Shown piece after piece: positions 51,307 to 62,130 of a stretch of DNA of 64,000 nucleotides. Within the stretch, counting starts at the first letter, position 1, and each line of letters begins with the position of its first letter. Both the position numbers and the translations under genes were made by a program. Origin of the DNA: Bacilli bacterium (GTDB lineage Bacteria; Bacillota_I; Bacilli_A; RF39; UBA660); the NCBI GenBank assembly GCA_047971315.1, contig JBKDZP010000008.1:65225-129224 (forward strand), written 5' to 3'. The notes beneath the pieces are model-generated. The model saw only the letters and a list, made by a program, of their open reading frames with translations. It was not told the origin of the DNA and ran no database searches.

Positions 51307-53937
51307 TTACTTTGTCCCACCGAACTTCACCGCGGCTTGTGCTGCAGCTAATCTAGCAACTGGTACTCGATATGGTGAACAAGATACATAATCAAGTCCA
51401 ATTCGATGGAAGAAATCAATACTAGATTTTTCTCCTCCATGTTCTCCACAAATACCAAGTTCAATATTTTTATTAATTCTTCTACTAGTAATTACCGCAT
51501 ATTGTACAAGTAATCCTACACCATTTTGATCTATTTTATCAAAAGGATCCACCTCTAGTATCTTTTTATCAACATAATCTTTTAAATATTTAGATGCATC
51601 ATCTCTTGAAAATCCATATGTTAATTGAGTTAAATCATTAGTTCCAAAACTAAAGAAATCAGATTTTGTTACTAATTCATCTGCAATCAAACAAGTTCTT
51701 GGTGCTTCTATCATTGAACCAACTTGATAATTAATTTTAGTATTACTATTAATTAATATAGATTCTGCAGTTTTATTTACTATATTAATTACATACTCAT
51801 ATTCTTTTAAATCAATAATAAGTGGTATCATAATTTGTGGATTAACATCTATTCCATTATTTTTAACTTCTATTGCAGCTTCAATTATTGCTTTTGTTTG
51901 CATAACAGCAAGTTCTGGAGTTGATATATCAAGTCTAACTCCTCTATGACCCATCATTGGATTAAATTCTTTTAAACTATTAATTCTTTCCTTTATTACT
52001 TCAATTGGTTTATTTAATTCTTTAGATAAATTTATAATGTCATTTTCTTCTTTTGGTAAAAATTCATGTAATGGCGGATCTAAATAACGAATTGTAATTG
52101 GAAGCCCATTCATTACTGTAAATAATTTGATAAAGTCTTCTTTTTGAAATTGTAATAAACTATCAATTGCTTCTTGTTTTTCTTCAATTTTTTCTGCTAT
52201 TATCATTTGTCTTATTTTAAAAATTCTTTCAGGTTTGAAAAACATATGTTCTGTTCTACATAATCCAATTCCTTCAGCTCCAAATAATAATGCTTGTTTT
52301 GCATCAAGTTCTGTATCTGCATTTACTTTTATTTTTAATTTACGAATACTATCTGCTATTTTCATAAATTCTTCAAAATCTCCAGAAATTGATGGTTCAG
52401 TTGTTTTAATTTGTTCACCATATACTAAACCAGTTGTCCCATCAAGTGATAAAAAATCACCTTCTTTATATATAGTTCCATCTTTTGTAGTTAATGTTTT
52501 TAACTCTTCATTTATAATTAAATCACTACATCCACTTACACAACATCTTCCCATTCCTCTAGCAACTACAGCAGCATGTGATGTCATACCTCCGTGAATT
52601 GTTAAAATTCCATTTGTTACTACCATTCCTGAAATATCTTCTGGTGAAGTTTCCATTCTAACTAGTACAGTTTGTTCGTTTCTTTTTGATGCTTCTATAA
52701 CATCATTTGCATTAAAATAAATTTTACCACTTCCAGCACCTGGTGATGCCGCTAATCCAGTAGAAATTATTTTTCCTTTTTTTAATGATTCTTCATCAAA
52801 AGTTGGATGTAATAATTGATTTAAGTCTTTTGGATCCATTCTCATGATAGCTTCTTCTTTAGAAATTTTACCTTCATTTATTAAATCTAAAATAATTTTA
52901 ATAGCTGCTTTTGTTGTTCTTTTTCCATTTCTTGTTTGCAACATATATAGTTTTCCATTTTCAATAGTAAATTCCATATCTTGCATATCAAGGTAATGAT
53001 CTTCTAATATTTTAGAATTTTTTGAAAATTCTTCATATAAATCAGGCATTATTTCTTTTAGTTTATCGATTGTTTCTGGAGTTCTAATTCCAGCTACTAC
53101 ATCTTCACCTTGAGCATTAATTAAATATTCACCATATAATTTATTTTCTCCAGTTGCTGGATTTCTTGTAAATGCAACACCTGTTCCAGATTTTAATCCA
53201 CTATTTCCAAACACCATTTCTTGAATATTTACAGCTGTTCCATAATTATCTGGTATATCATTCATTTTTCTATAAACTTTTGCTCTTTCATTTTCCCATG
53301 AGTTGAATACTGCTTTTATTGCTTCTAATAGTTGAACTTTTGGATCATTTGGAAATTCTTCATTAGCTAAACTCTTATATAATTCTTTATATGATTTAGT
53401 AATTTCTTCCATATCATTTTCATCTAAATCTAAATCATTTTTTACATTTTTAGAAATTTTTCTTTCTTCTAAAATCTTTTCAAATAAATTTCGATCATAT
53501 CCTTTTACAACATCAGAATACATCAAAATAAATCTACGATATGAATCATATACAAATCTTTTATTTTTAGTAATATTTATTAAGCTACTAGCAACCACAT
53601 CGTTTAATCCTAGATTTAGTACTGTATCCATCATTCCTGGCATACTTACTCTAGAACCACTTCTAATTGATAGTAATAATGGTGAGTTAAAATCGCCAAG
53701 TTTTTTGTTTGTTTGACTTTCTAGTTCATTAAGTTTTAAAAATATTTGATTTATTATTTCATCACTTAAAGTTTCATTTTGCTTATAATATTCATTACAT
53801 GCTTCTGTTGTTACGGTAAATCCATTTGGTACTCTAAGCCCAAGATTAGTCATTTCTGCTAGATTTGCACCTTTACCACCGAGTAAATCTTTTCTATCTT
53901 TATTACCTTCTTTAAAAAGGTATACATATTTTTTCAT
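51307..53937 (-). CDS. ppdK: Pyruvate, phosphate dikinase
   Basis: 876 aa; ATP-grasp N-terminus ...GGKGANLAEM, central phospho-His domain TSHAAVVARGMG, C-terminal PEP-utilising TIM-barrel domain. Confidence 0.9.
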   Translation of the reverse strand: MKKYVYLFKEGNKDRKDLLGGKGANLAEMTNLGLRVPNGFTVTTEACNEYYKQNETLSDEIINQIFLKLNELESQTNKKLGDFNSPLLLSIRSGSRVSMPGMMDTVLNLGLNDVVASSLINITKNKRFVYDSYRRFILMYSDVVKGYDRNLFEKILEERKISKNVKNDLDLDENDMEEITKSYKELYKSLANEEFPNDPKVQLLEAIKAVFNSWENERAKVYRKMNDIPDNYGTAVNIQEMVFGNSGLKSGTGVAFTRNPATGENKLYGEYLINAQGEDVVAGIRTPETIDKLKEIMPDLYEEFSKNSKILEDHYLDMQDMEFTIENGKLYMLQTRNGKRTTKAAIKIILDLINEGKISKEEAIMRMDPKDLNQLLHPTFDEESLKKGKIISTGLAASPGAGSGKIYFNANDVIEASKRNEQTVLVRMETSPEDISGMVVTNGILTIHGGMTSHAAVVARGMGRCCVSGCSDLIINEELKTLTTKDGTIYKEGDFLSLDGTTGLVYGEQIKTTEPSISGDFEEFMKIADSIRKLKIKVNADTELDAKQALLFGAEGIGLCRTEHMFFKPERIFKIRQMIIAEKIEEKQEAIDSLLQFQKEDFIKLFTVMNGLPITIRYLDPPLHEFLPKEENDIINLSKELNKPIEVIKERINSLKEFNPMMGHRGVRLDISTPELAVMQTKAIIEAAIEVKNNGIDVNPQIMIPLIIDLKEYEYVINIVNKTAESILINSNTKINYQVGSMIEAPRTCLIADELVTKSDFFSFGTNDLTQLTYGFSRDDASKYLKDYVDKKILEVDPFDKIDQNGVGLLVQYAVITSRRINKNIELGICGEHGGEKSSIDFFHRIGLDYVSCSPYRVPVARLAAAQAAVKFGGTK

Positions 53938-54074
53938 ATATTTCCTCCCTTGTTATTCTATATAAATTATAACATACATAAAAAAAAAGAACAATAAATT
54001 ATTAATTCTTTAGTTATATAAAACAAACGATATAATTTAACTAAATAGGATTTAAAATATAAATCTAGAAAATT

Positions 54075-54968
54075 TTATCTCATTTTAGATCTTGGATGAT
54101 TTTGATAATAAACATTCCTTAATTTTTCGTTTGAAATATGTGTATATATTTGAGTTGTATTTAAGTTAGTATGACCTAAAAGTTCTTGAACAACTTTTAA
54201 GTCTGCACCGTTATCTAATAAATGAGTTGCGAATGTATGTCTTAAAGTATGTGGACTAATATGATATTTTAAGGAACTTTTTTTAAATATTTCTTCTACT
54301 ATAAATCTAATACCTCTATCAGTTAATTGTTTTCCAAGTTTATTTACAAATAAATATTCATGATTATCTTTTAATAGTATTGGTCTTATTTCTATTATAT
54401 ATTTTTTTAATAACTTCTCTAGTCTTGTTCCAAATAATACATATCTTTCTTTATTACCTTTTCCGTTGACTAATATTTTCATATCATCAAATGAAATATC
54501 ATTTATTTTGATGTTTGTGATTTCACTTATTCTTAAACCAGTTGAGTAGAAACATTCTAATATGGTAGCATCCCTAAAACCTAAGGTAGTATTAATATCT
54601 GGTGTATTAAGTAATACTTCTAAATCATTGTAATAAAGAAATTTAGGTAATTTTTTATCAAGTTTAGGATTAGATATTAATGTAATAGGATTATAAGTTA
54701 CTATTTTATCTTTCATTAAATATTTAAATAAACTCCTTATTGCACTTATATTTCTTGCAATTGTTTTTTTACTGTAGTTTTTTTCATATAAAAGACTCAA
54801 ATAATTTCTTAACATTTTATAATCAATATTATTAAATTTAGTTATTTTTAAATTTTCTAAATAATCTAGAAATTTTTTTAAGTCTTTTCCATAACTAAGT
54901 ACTGTATTATTAGAGTAATTTTTTTCATATTTTAGGTATTTTAGAAAGTTAATTATTATCTCAATCAT
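54075..54968 (-). CDS. xerC: Tyrosine recombinase XerC/XerD family
   Basis: N-terminal SAM-like domain (FLKYLKYEKNYSNNTVLSYGKDLKKF); C-terminal catalytic R...HxxR...Y as HTLRHTFATHLL...GHTNLNTTQIYTH. C versus D assignment is not resolvable; the position downstream of topA fits codV/xerC. Confidence 0.8.
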   Translation of the reverse strand: MIEIIINFLKYLKYEKNYSNNTVLSYGKDLKKFLDYLENLKITKFNNIDYKMLRNYLSLLYEKNYSKKTIARNISAIRSLFKYLMKDKIVTYNPITLISNPKLDKKLPKFLYYNDLEVLLNTPDINTTLGFRDATILECFYSTGLRISEITNIKINDISFDDMKILVNGKGNKERYVLFGTRLEKLLKKYIIEIRPILLKDNHEYLFVNKLGKQLTDRGIRFIVEEIFKKSSLKYHISPHTLRHTFATHLLDNGADLKVVQELLGHTNLNTTQIYTHISNEKLRNVYYQNHPRSKMR

Positions 54969-55030
54969 TTTTTTGTTTTTTTATAAGCAATAGTTTTTTT
55001 TATATTTTTATAGTCTAAAATATCTAACAT

Positions 55031-55996
55031 TCATAATCTTACTCTATCTTCATCTGTTAGATTTTGAATTATTTGCAATGATAAATTTTCTTGACATTTA
55101 ATTAATCCACCAATTTCAAATAGTTCTTTTAAAATAGGATTATCAAATGATTTATTTATTATTTCATTTTTTAAATAATTTAAATCTTTTTCAATTGGTT
55201 CTATATTTTGTTCTTCTTTATTATTTAAATATTCTGTTATTGTAATTTGACCTTTTATGTTATTAAAATCCAGATGTTCAAGTATATTATTCACTACATT
55301 AATTCTTTCTTTTTTCTCTTCTTTTTTATTTTTTAGCTCATCTAGTAATTTTATTTGTAATTCATAGTCTTGTTCTTTATATTCATTTTTATATTTATTA
55401 ATCAAACTATCATAAATATTCCACATCAAAATAATACTTCTTATCGTTTTATAATCTAGGAATTTATTATTTAAAATTTTTTTAATTCTAAAGTCTAATT
55501 TATTATACATTCTGTATTCTATAAGTTTTTCTTTTAAATATGCATCTAAATAAGAGTCTCTAGATGTAATAAATTCATAAAATGTATTTTTATTAATTAA
55601 TTTGTTAATAAAATGATATATTAAATTTTCAATATCTTTATTTTCAATTTTTTCACCATTTAATCTTTTCTTTGCGAGTGTTTTTATTATTTCTACTCTT
55701 TTATTATCACCATAAATTAATTCATAATAATTTACATACTTTTTACCATTTAAAGTGTTATTTTTAGCTAAATAAATGTCTACTATTGGTGTTTGAATTT
55801 TATCAACACTATATAAATAATATTTAAAATTACTAGCACTCATAAAGTTTATAGTAATTAAATCCATTGCAGCAATATCAATATTTCTTTGTTGCTTATT
55901 ATCATTGATATACAATCCTTTATCAATATATGGTATTTCTACTTCATTATTATTCCTTACTATTAAATAATACTTCCCATTATTAATTAAGTTCAT
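55031..55996 (-). CDS. Hypothetical protein (321 aa), Lys/Asn/Glu-rich
   Basis: ORF only; no motif recognised. Confidence 0.3.
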   Translation of the reverse strand: MNLINNGKYYLIVRNNNEVEIPYIDKGLYINDNKQQRNIDIAAMDLITINFMSASNFKYYLYSVDKIQTPIVDIYLAKNNTLNGKKYVNYYELIYGDNKRVEIIKTLAKKRLNGEKIENKDIENLIYHFINKLINKNTFYEFITSRDSYLDAYLKEKLIEYRMYNKLDFRIKKILNNKFLDYKTIRSIILMWNIYDSLINKYKNEYKEQDYELQIKLLDELKNKKEEKKERINVVNNILEHLDFNNIKGQITITEYLNNKEEQNIEPIEKDLNYLKNEIINKSFDNPILKELFEIGGLIKCQENLSLQIIQNLTDEDRVRL

Positions 55997-56310
55997 CTAA
56001 TCACCTTACATCTTTCCAATTATTAGTTTATTTATATAATAAATTTAATACTTTCAAAATAATTAAAATTTTTCTTGATAAAATTATTATAATATTTTTA
56101 CCTTTATTAAATAGATTTCCTGGTACATTTTAATGTTTAATTTTAAAATTCACACTCACTATTACTTTTAATAAGTTTATCACAAAAACACCATATGTTT
56201 CAATACCCTATTATAGTTTCATAAAAATTTTTATTTAATTTAATACTTTTTTATTTATTTTTTTTAAATAAATTAAGTTTACTTTAAATAATATACATAA
56301 AAAATGTAAC

Positions 56311-58338
56311 TTATTTTTCAAAGTTACACTCACTGCATTTTACTGTATTTTTTTTAGATGTAAGCATTTTACCACAATTTGGACACATTTCACCAGTTGG
56401 TAAATCCCAAAATGCAGTTTTACAAGTAGGATAATTATTACATCCGTAGAAAATTTTACCTCTTTTACTTTTCTTTTCAATTATTTTACCATCACAGTTT
56501 GGACAACTACAAATATCTTTAATTTTTGATTCATCTACTTTTATGTATTTACATTTTGGAAAATTACTACAAGCAGTAAATACTCCAAATTTTCCTTTTC
56601 TAATAACTAATGGACTATTACAATTAGGACAATCTTCACCTGTTTTTTCTGCTTCTTTTTTTTCTAATTTGTCAAAAGCTTCTAAAATTGATGGTTCAAA
56701 CTCTTTATAAAACTTTTCTAATGTTTCATACCAAACAAGATTACCTTCAGCTATTTTATCTAGGTTATTTTCCATATTAGCAGTATATTCAACATTTATT
56801 ATATGATTAAAATTAAGTTGAAGTTTATCTGTTATTTCACAACCTATTTCAGTTGGAATAAATTTTTTATCTACTATATCAACATAACCTCTAGATTTAA
56901 TATTATCCATAATAGTAGCATAAGTACTAGGTCTACCAATTCCTAATTCTTCCATAGCTTTTACTAAGCTAGCTTCACGATATCTTGCTGGTGGTTCTGT
57001 AAAATGTTGATTTTTCTCAATATCTTTAGATACTATTACATTTGATTTATATGTATCAAATGGTGGTAGATTATTTTCTTTAGTATCTTCATATGGAAAA
57101 TATACTTTTAAATATCCATCAAAATTAATTATTTGACCAGTTGCTTTAAATTGATAATTATTATTATCTAAAAGTACAGTTGTATTGTCTGTAACAGCAG
57201 ATGCCATTAAAGACGCTAAAGCTCTACTATATATTAGTGAATATAATTTAAATTCATCATTTGATAAATATGGTTTCACACTAATAGGATCTCTTTTTAT
57301 ACTAGTTGGTCGTATTGCTTCATGAGCATCTTGAACATTTTCTGTTTTATTGCTTTTTTTTACTACTCCAACATAGTCTTTACTATATTTTGCTTCAATA
57401 TATTGTAGAGTTTCATTTATAAAATCAGATGATAATCTAGTTGAATCAGTACGCATATAGGTGATTAAACCTACTGTTTCATTTTCTAGTTCAATTCCTT
57501 CATATAATTTTTGAGCAACACTCATCGTTTTTTTAGCACTCATATTTAATTTATTTGATGAAACTTGTTGTAATGTACTTGTTATAAAAGGCATTGGTGA
57601 AGATTTTTTCTTATTCTTTTTTTCAATACTTTCAATTTTAAATGATTTTGATAATTTTTCTAAAATTTCATTTGTTTCTATTTCATTTTTAATTTCAATT
57701 TTTTTATGATTATAAAAAGCTAAATCAGCATCAAAATCACTAAATATTGCTTTGATTGTCCAATATTCTTCAGATATAAATTTTTCAATTTCTCTTTCTT
57801 TATCAACAATCAATTTTAAAGCAACACTTTGTACTCTTCCGGCACTTGTTCCACTTGTTTTTGATTGTACTAATTTACTTAATCTAAATCCTATTATACG
57901 ATCTAGTATTCTTCTAGTTTCTTGTGAATTTACTAAGTCTTGATCTATTTTTCTAGAATGATTAAAAGATTCTAAAACTGCTCCTTTTGTAATTTCATTA
58001 AATACTACTCTCTCATATTTAGATTCATCTAATCCTAATACATCATAAATATGATAACTTATGGCTTCTCCTTCACGATCGGGATCGGTTGCTAGATATA
58101 CAAAGTCAACTTTTTTAACTTCTTTTTTTAAATCTTCTACTACTTTTTTTCTTGTTTTAACTGTTATATAATCTGGTTTGAAATGATTTTCGATATCTAC
58201 ACCAAATCCATATTTTCCTTTTGTAGATAAATCTCTAATATGTCCTTTAGAAGATTTTACTATGTAATCTTTTCCTAAATATTTTTCAATTGTTTTTTCT
58301 TTAGCAGGTGATTCCACTATTACTAATTTTTTAGCCAT
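56311..58338 (-). CDS. topA: DNA topoisomerase I
   Basis: Toprim N-terminus LVIVESPAKEKTIEKYLG; multiple C-terminal C4 zinc-ribbon motifs (CPNCNS..., CPNCDGK..., CPNCGKM...). Confidence 0.9.
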   Translation of the reverse strand: MAKKLVIVESPAKEKTIEKYLGKDYIVKSSKGHIRDLSTKGKYGFGVDIENHFKPDYITVKTRKKVVEDLKKEVKKVDFVYLATDPDREGEAISYHIYDVLGLDESKYERVVFNEITKGAVLESFNHSRKIDQDLVNSQETRRILDRIIGFRLSKLVQSKTSGTSAGRVQSVALKLIVDKEREIEKFISEEYWTIKAIFSDFDADLAFYNHKKIEIKNEIETNEILEKLSKSFKIESIEKKNKKKSSPMPFITSTLQQVSSNKLNMSAKKTMSVAQKLYEGIELENETVGLITYMRTDSTRLSSDFINETLQYIEAKYSKDYVGVVKKSNKTENVQDAHEAIRPTSIKRDPISVKPYLSNDEFKLYSLIYSRALASLMASAVTDNTTVLLDNNNYQFKATGQIINFDGYLKVYFPYEDTKENNLPPFDTYKSNVIVSKDIEKNQHFTEPPARYREASLVKAMEELGIGRPSTYATIMDNIKSRGYVDIVDKKFIPTEIGCEITDKLQLNFNHIINVEYTANMENNLDKIAEGNLVWYETLEKFYKEFEPSILEAFDKLEKKEAEKTGEDCPNCNSPLVIRKGKFGVFTACSNFPKCKYIKVDESKIKDICSCPNCDGKIIEKKSKRGKIFYGCNNYPTCKTAFWDLPTGEMCPNCGKMLTSKKNTVKCSECNFEK

Positions 58339-58437
58339 TTGCCACTTCCTTTTTCACTAGTATCTTTTATACACTATTAGTTTTACTTTGTCAACTTGTT
58401 CTTTTTTATAATATACTACTTTTTTATTAATTTTCCT

Positions 58438-59382
58438 TCATCTTGTAAATGTTTTACCACACTTACTTCCCCACGTATCTACTAAATTATTATTTTTTAT
58501 TATTTTTAATATTTCACAATTATTAGAACAATCATCACAGTAACTACCATATGTTTCAAATTTAATATCTTTAATATCTAAATTATAAATTTTACTTGTT
58601 TGGTTTTGGTGTGCTAAAATAGCTATTCCAATTGCTCCCATTAAATGACCATTTGAATCTACTATAATATCCTTTTTTAAAATTTCTTTAAAATATTTAA
58701 CTACACCTTCATTTTTACTTACTCCACCTTGAAAAACAATTGGTTCATCAATTTTTTTACCTTTACCAACATTATTTAAATAATTTAATACAACACTTCT
58801 ACAAAGCCCTGCTACTATATCTTCTTTTTTATATCCAGCTTGGGCTTTATGAATTAAGTCAGATTCAGCAAATACTGTACATCTAGCTGCTATTTTTACT
58901 GGATTTGTTGATTTTAGTGAATATTTTCCAAACTCTTCTATATCAATTCCTAATCTTTTTGATTGACTTGATAGAAATGCTCCTGTTCCAGCAGCACACA
59001 GTGTATTCATTGAATAATCTACTACTATACCGTTTCTAATTAATATTATTTTAGAATCTTGCCCACCTATTTCTAATATTGTTTTAACATCGGGATTAGT
59101 ATTTAATGTACCTATTGCATGTGCTGTAATTTCATTTTTAATGATATTCGCATCAACCATTAGTCCTATTAATTTTCTAGCACTTCCGGTTGTCCCAATT
59201 CCCCTGATTTGATAATCGGTTTTAATATTTGCTTTTACTTCCTTAATTATTTTTTTAACTGAATCAATTGGATTACCCTCTGTCCAAATGTATGATGAAT
59301 ATAAAATATTGTTATATTCATCTAATAATACACACTTAGTAGATATTGATCCAATATCAATTCCTAAATAGCAATTTTTCAT
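58438..59382 (-). CDS. BadF/BadG/BcrA/BcrD-type ATPase (putative CoA-substrate-specific enzyme activase) with Cys-rich C-terminal extension
   Basis: Actin-fold ATPase N-terminus CYLGIDIGSISTKCVLLD; C-terminal CDDCSNNCE...CGKTF cysteine cluster; 314 aa. Confidence 0.75.
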   Translation of the reverse strand: MKNCYLGIDIGSISTKCVLLDEYNNILYSSYIWTEGNPIDSVKKIIKEVKANIKTDYQIRGIGTTGSARKLIGLMVDANIIKNEITAHAIGTLNTNPDVKTILEIGGQDSKIILIRNGIVVDYSMNTLCAAGTGAFLSSQSKRLGIDIEEFGKYSLKSTNPVKIAARCTVFAESDLIHKAQAGYKKEDIVAGLCRSVVLNYLNNVGKGKKIDEPIVFQGGVSKNEGVVKYFKEILKKDIIVDSNGHLMGAIGIAILAHQNQTSKIYNLDIKDIKFETYGSYCDDCSNNCEILKIIKNNNLVDTWGSKCGKTFTR

Positions 59383-60439
59383 TTTTTTTCCTTTCTATCA
59401 TATCATAAAATGCTTCTATTCTTGTTTCTATTCCTATTTTTGAAGTATTAGCATCAAAAGAAAAAAACAAAACCGGTATATTTGATTTATTACCTATTTT
59501 ATTAATTATTGGCATAGCTCCAATTTCTGGAGTACAAAATGTTGATTTTATATGTATTATTCCATCATAATTTTTTTTACACATATACTTTGTTCTTGCA
59601 ATATTATCAGCAGCATCTGCTCCCATTTTATATTTATTATATTCTTTTGAATATTTTAAATATTCTTTTATTTTTTTTGCTTTTTCAAAAAGTAAATAAT
59701 GAGCATTTGTATATCTTTTTATTTCAATATTAAAAGATGCAAGCGTTTTTTCTAAATCATAATTAGCTGCTGGTTCCATTACAGTATAAAGTTCTCCGAT
59801 TATTCCTACTTTTAAACAATTTTTTGGTTTGTTTATTTTTATTTTTTTAAATTTAATTAAATAAATGCGATATAATATTTTTAAATGGGCCAAGCTTTTT
59901 ACTTTACTAAATTTTTCAAGCATTTCTTTATTTAAATTTATAAAACTATTTTCTTCAATTTCAAATCCAATATTCTTTCGAATATAATTTTCTATTTCAT
60001 CCATATATTTTATCATATATTTTGTGATTATTAAGTAATAAATAGCATTAAATACATTAAATTTAGGATCAATATTTTTAAATTTTTTATATATTTTTTT
60101 TAAATCTGCTTTACCTTCACTGACTAGATTAATATAAGTAAAATCATATCCTAAATCTTTTAGTATATTTATTTGTAATTCGCTATAATACCCATATCTA
60201 CAACCTCCTCCAGCTTGAATTAATATATTTGCTCCATTTTCTAGTCCTTCAATAAATGTTCCTAGGGTATATTTAAATGGCATACACACAAAGTCAGGAC
60301 TATATTTTGTTCCAATTTCAATTGTTTTATCAGTTATTTTTGAAGGTTCTTGAATTTTTAGATTTAAAATATTTTTAAGTAAATAATTTATTGGTATATA
60401 GTAATTACCCATTTGTGGAAATGTAACTATATTATTCAT
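59357..60439 (-). CDS. DUF2229 / HgdB-YjiM-like protein (activase-associated, uncharacterised), paralogue 1
   Basis: 360 aa; C-terminus GIETRIEAFYDM; Cys motifs; overlaps the activase start. Confidence 0.6.
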   Translation of the reverse strand: MNNIVTFPQMGNYYIPINYLLKNILNLKIQEPSKITDKTIEIGTKYSPDFVCMPFKYTLGTFIEGLENGANILIQAGGGCRYGYYSELQINILKDLGYDFTYINLVSEGKADLKKIYKKFKNIDPKFNVFNAIYYLIITKYMIKYMDEIENYIRKNIGFEIEENSFINLNKEMLEKFSKVKSLAHLKILYRIYLIKFKKIKINKPKNCLKVGIIGELYTVMEPAANYDLEKTLASFNIEIKRYTNAHYLLFEKAKKIKEYLKYSKEYNKYKMGADAADNIARTKYMCKKNYDGIIHIKSTFCTPEIGAMPIINKIGNKSNIPVLFFSFDANTSKIGIETRIEAFYDMIERKKNEKLLFRN

Positions 60440-61337
60440 TTTTATTCCTTTCTAGCACAATATCTAAAAAGCTTTCTATTCTAGTTTCTATTCCTGTTTG
60501 ACTATCTACATCATCTACTATTAAATTTAAATATGGAAGTGTTATTTTTCTAATTACTAGTTCATTTACTAAAGAATCTGGTCCACATGGAAATGTAGTG
60601 ATAAAAATTATACCATCTATTTTATTTTCACATAATGGAATAGCTCCTATTATTTCTTTATTAAATTTGAAATATAATTCTTTGGAAAGTAGTTTACTTT
60701 TTTTATTTGTTATATTATTTAAAAATAAGTCACAATAAATAACTTCTACTTCATAATTTTTTAATAATTCCATTATTGGTTTTCCTACATAAGAATCATA
60801 TATATTATATGGATGTCCTACAATTAATATTTTATGTTTTTTAGATTCTAATTTTTTTTCATTAATTTTTATTTTTTCGAGTTTTTCTATAAATACTAAT
60901 TCACCTGCTTTTTCATAGGCTTTAATTATGTTTTTTCTTTTTTTTCCTAGTTGTTTACCTAATTTTAAGAAAGCTTTTTTTTCTGTTTGATTATTATAGA
61001 TATCTATATTATAGTTTAGGATTTTTATATTTAATAAATTATTTGCTATATCATAAGTACTTAAAAAATTAGTGCATGTTTGATCATTTAATCCATAGTT
61101 ATCTATTCTAGGTATTAATATATAGTCACATTTGTCTTGCAAATAAGCAACATGTCCTAAAAATATTTTTAATGATAAGCACATTTCATCATTTGCTAAT
61201 TGACTTCCTAGTTCGATTATTTCTTTATTAGTATCTGGACTAACTATAGTGTCTATTTCTAAGTATTTAAAAAAATATTTCCATTTAGGATAGTAATAGT
61301 AATAATATATACTTCTAGGTATTCCTATTTTCATCAT
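60432..61337 (-). CDS. DUF2229 / HgdB-YjiM-like protein, paralogue 2
   Basis: 301 aa; N-terminus IGIPRSIYYYYYYPKWKYFFKYL matches the DUF2229 start; C-terminus GIETRIESFLDI is shared with paralogue 1. Confidence 0.6.
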   Translation of the reverse strand: MMKIGIPRSIYYYYYYPKWKYFFKYLEIDTIVSPDTNKEIIELGSQLANDEMCLSLKIFLGHVAYLQDKCDYILIPRIDNYGLNDQTCTNFLSTYDIANNLLNIKILNYNIDIYNNQTEKKAFLKLGKQLGKKRKNIIKAYEKAGELVFIEKLEKIKINEKKLESKKHKILIVGHPYNIYDSYVGKPIMELLKNYEVEVIYCDLFLNNITNKKSKLLSKELYFKFNKEIIGAIPLCENKIDGIIFITTFPCGPDSLVNELVIRKITLPYLNLIVDDVDSQTGIETRIESFLDIVLERNKNE

Positions 61338-61401
61338 TTTATCACCTGATTAATTTTATGAAATAATCAATCAAAAAAGAACACTATATCTATAGTATTC
61401 T

Positions 61402-62055
61402 TTATATGGATTTTAAAAAATTAATTTGGTGTTCATAATTATTTGTATTTGTAATAAAACTACCTACTACTGCAATATCAGCATTTGTTTCTTTTAATAA
61501 TTCTATATTTATATCGTTTATTCCACCATCTACTTCTATTTCATATTTATAATTATTATTTTTTCTTAATTCATCTAATGTCTTAATTTTATTAGTAATG
61601 TCAATAAATTGTTGACCTCCTTTACCTGGTTCAACACTCATTACAAGTACCAAATCGATGTATTCCAAATATGGTAATAATTTATCTACTTTAGTTTCTG
61701 GATTTAATGAAAGTCCTACTTTTATATTTTTAGTTTTCAAATAATTAATTATTTTTTGTTTATCTTGTTCTATTTCAATATGAAAAGTAATAAATTCAGG
61801 ATTATAACTAAAATATTCATTAATATAATTAAATACATCATTTACCATTAAATGAATATCAAGTGGTTTTTTTAGGATTTGAATAATGTCTTTATTAAAA
61901 TCTGTTTTATTTGAAACAAATTTACCATCCATTATATCTAAATGAATATAATCAGTATTTGTTTTATTAAGTTGTAATAAATTATCTACTAAGTTTTCTT
62001 TTATACTTAATATAGAAGTTGAAATTTGCATATTATCATTCCTATCTTTTTTCAC
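61402..62055 (-). CDS. rpe: Ribulose-phosphate 3-epimerase
   Basis: 217 aa; LDIMDGKFV and the (beta/alpha)8 RPE pattern. Confidence 0.85.
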   Translation of the reverse strand: MKKDRNDNMQISTSILSIKENLVDNLLQLNKTNTDYIHLDIMDGKFVSNKTDFNKDIIQILKKPLDIHLMVNDVFNYINEYFSYNPEFITFHIEIEQDKQKIINYLKTKNIKVGLSLNPETKVDKLLPYLEYIDLVLVMSVEPGKGGQQFIDITNKIKTLDELRKNNNYKYEIEVDGGINDINIELLKETNADIAVVGSFITNTNNYEHQINFLKSI

Positions 62056-62130
62056 GTATTATTTTATACATTTTATTTATTTTTGTCAAATTATTTTTAT
62101 AATAAAAAAATTAGATTAAAATCTAATCTT

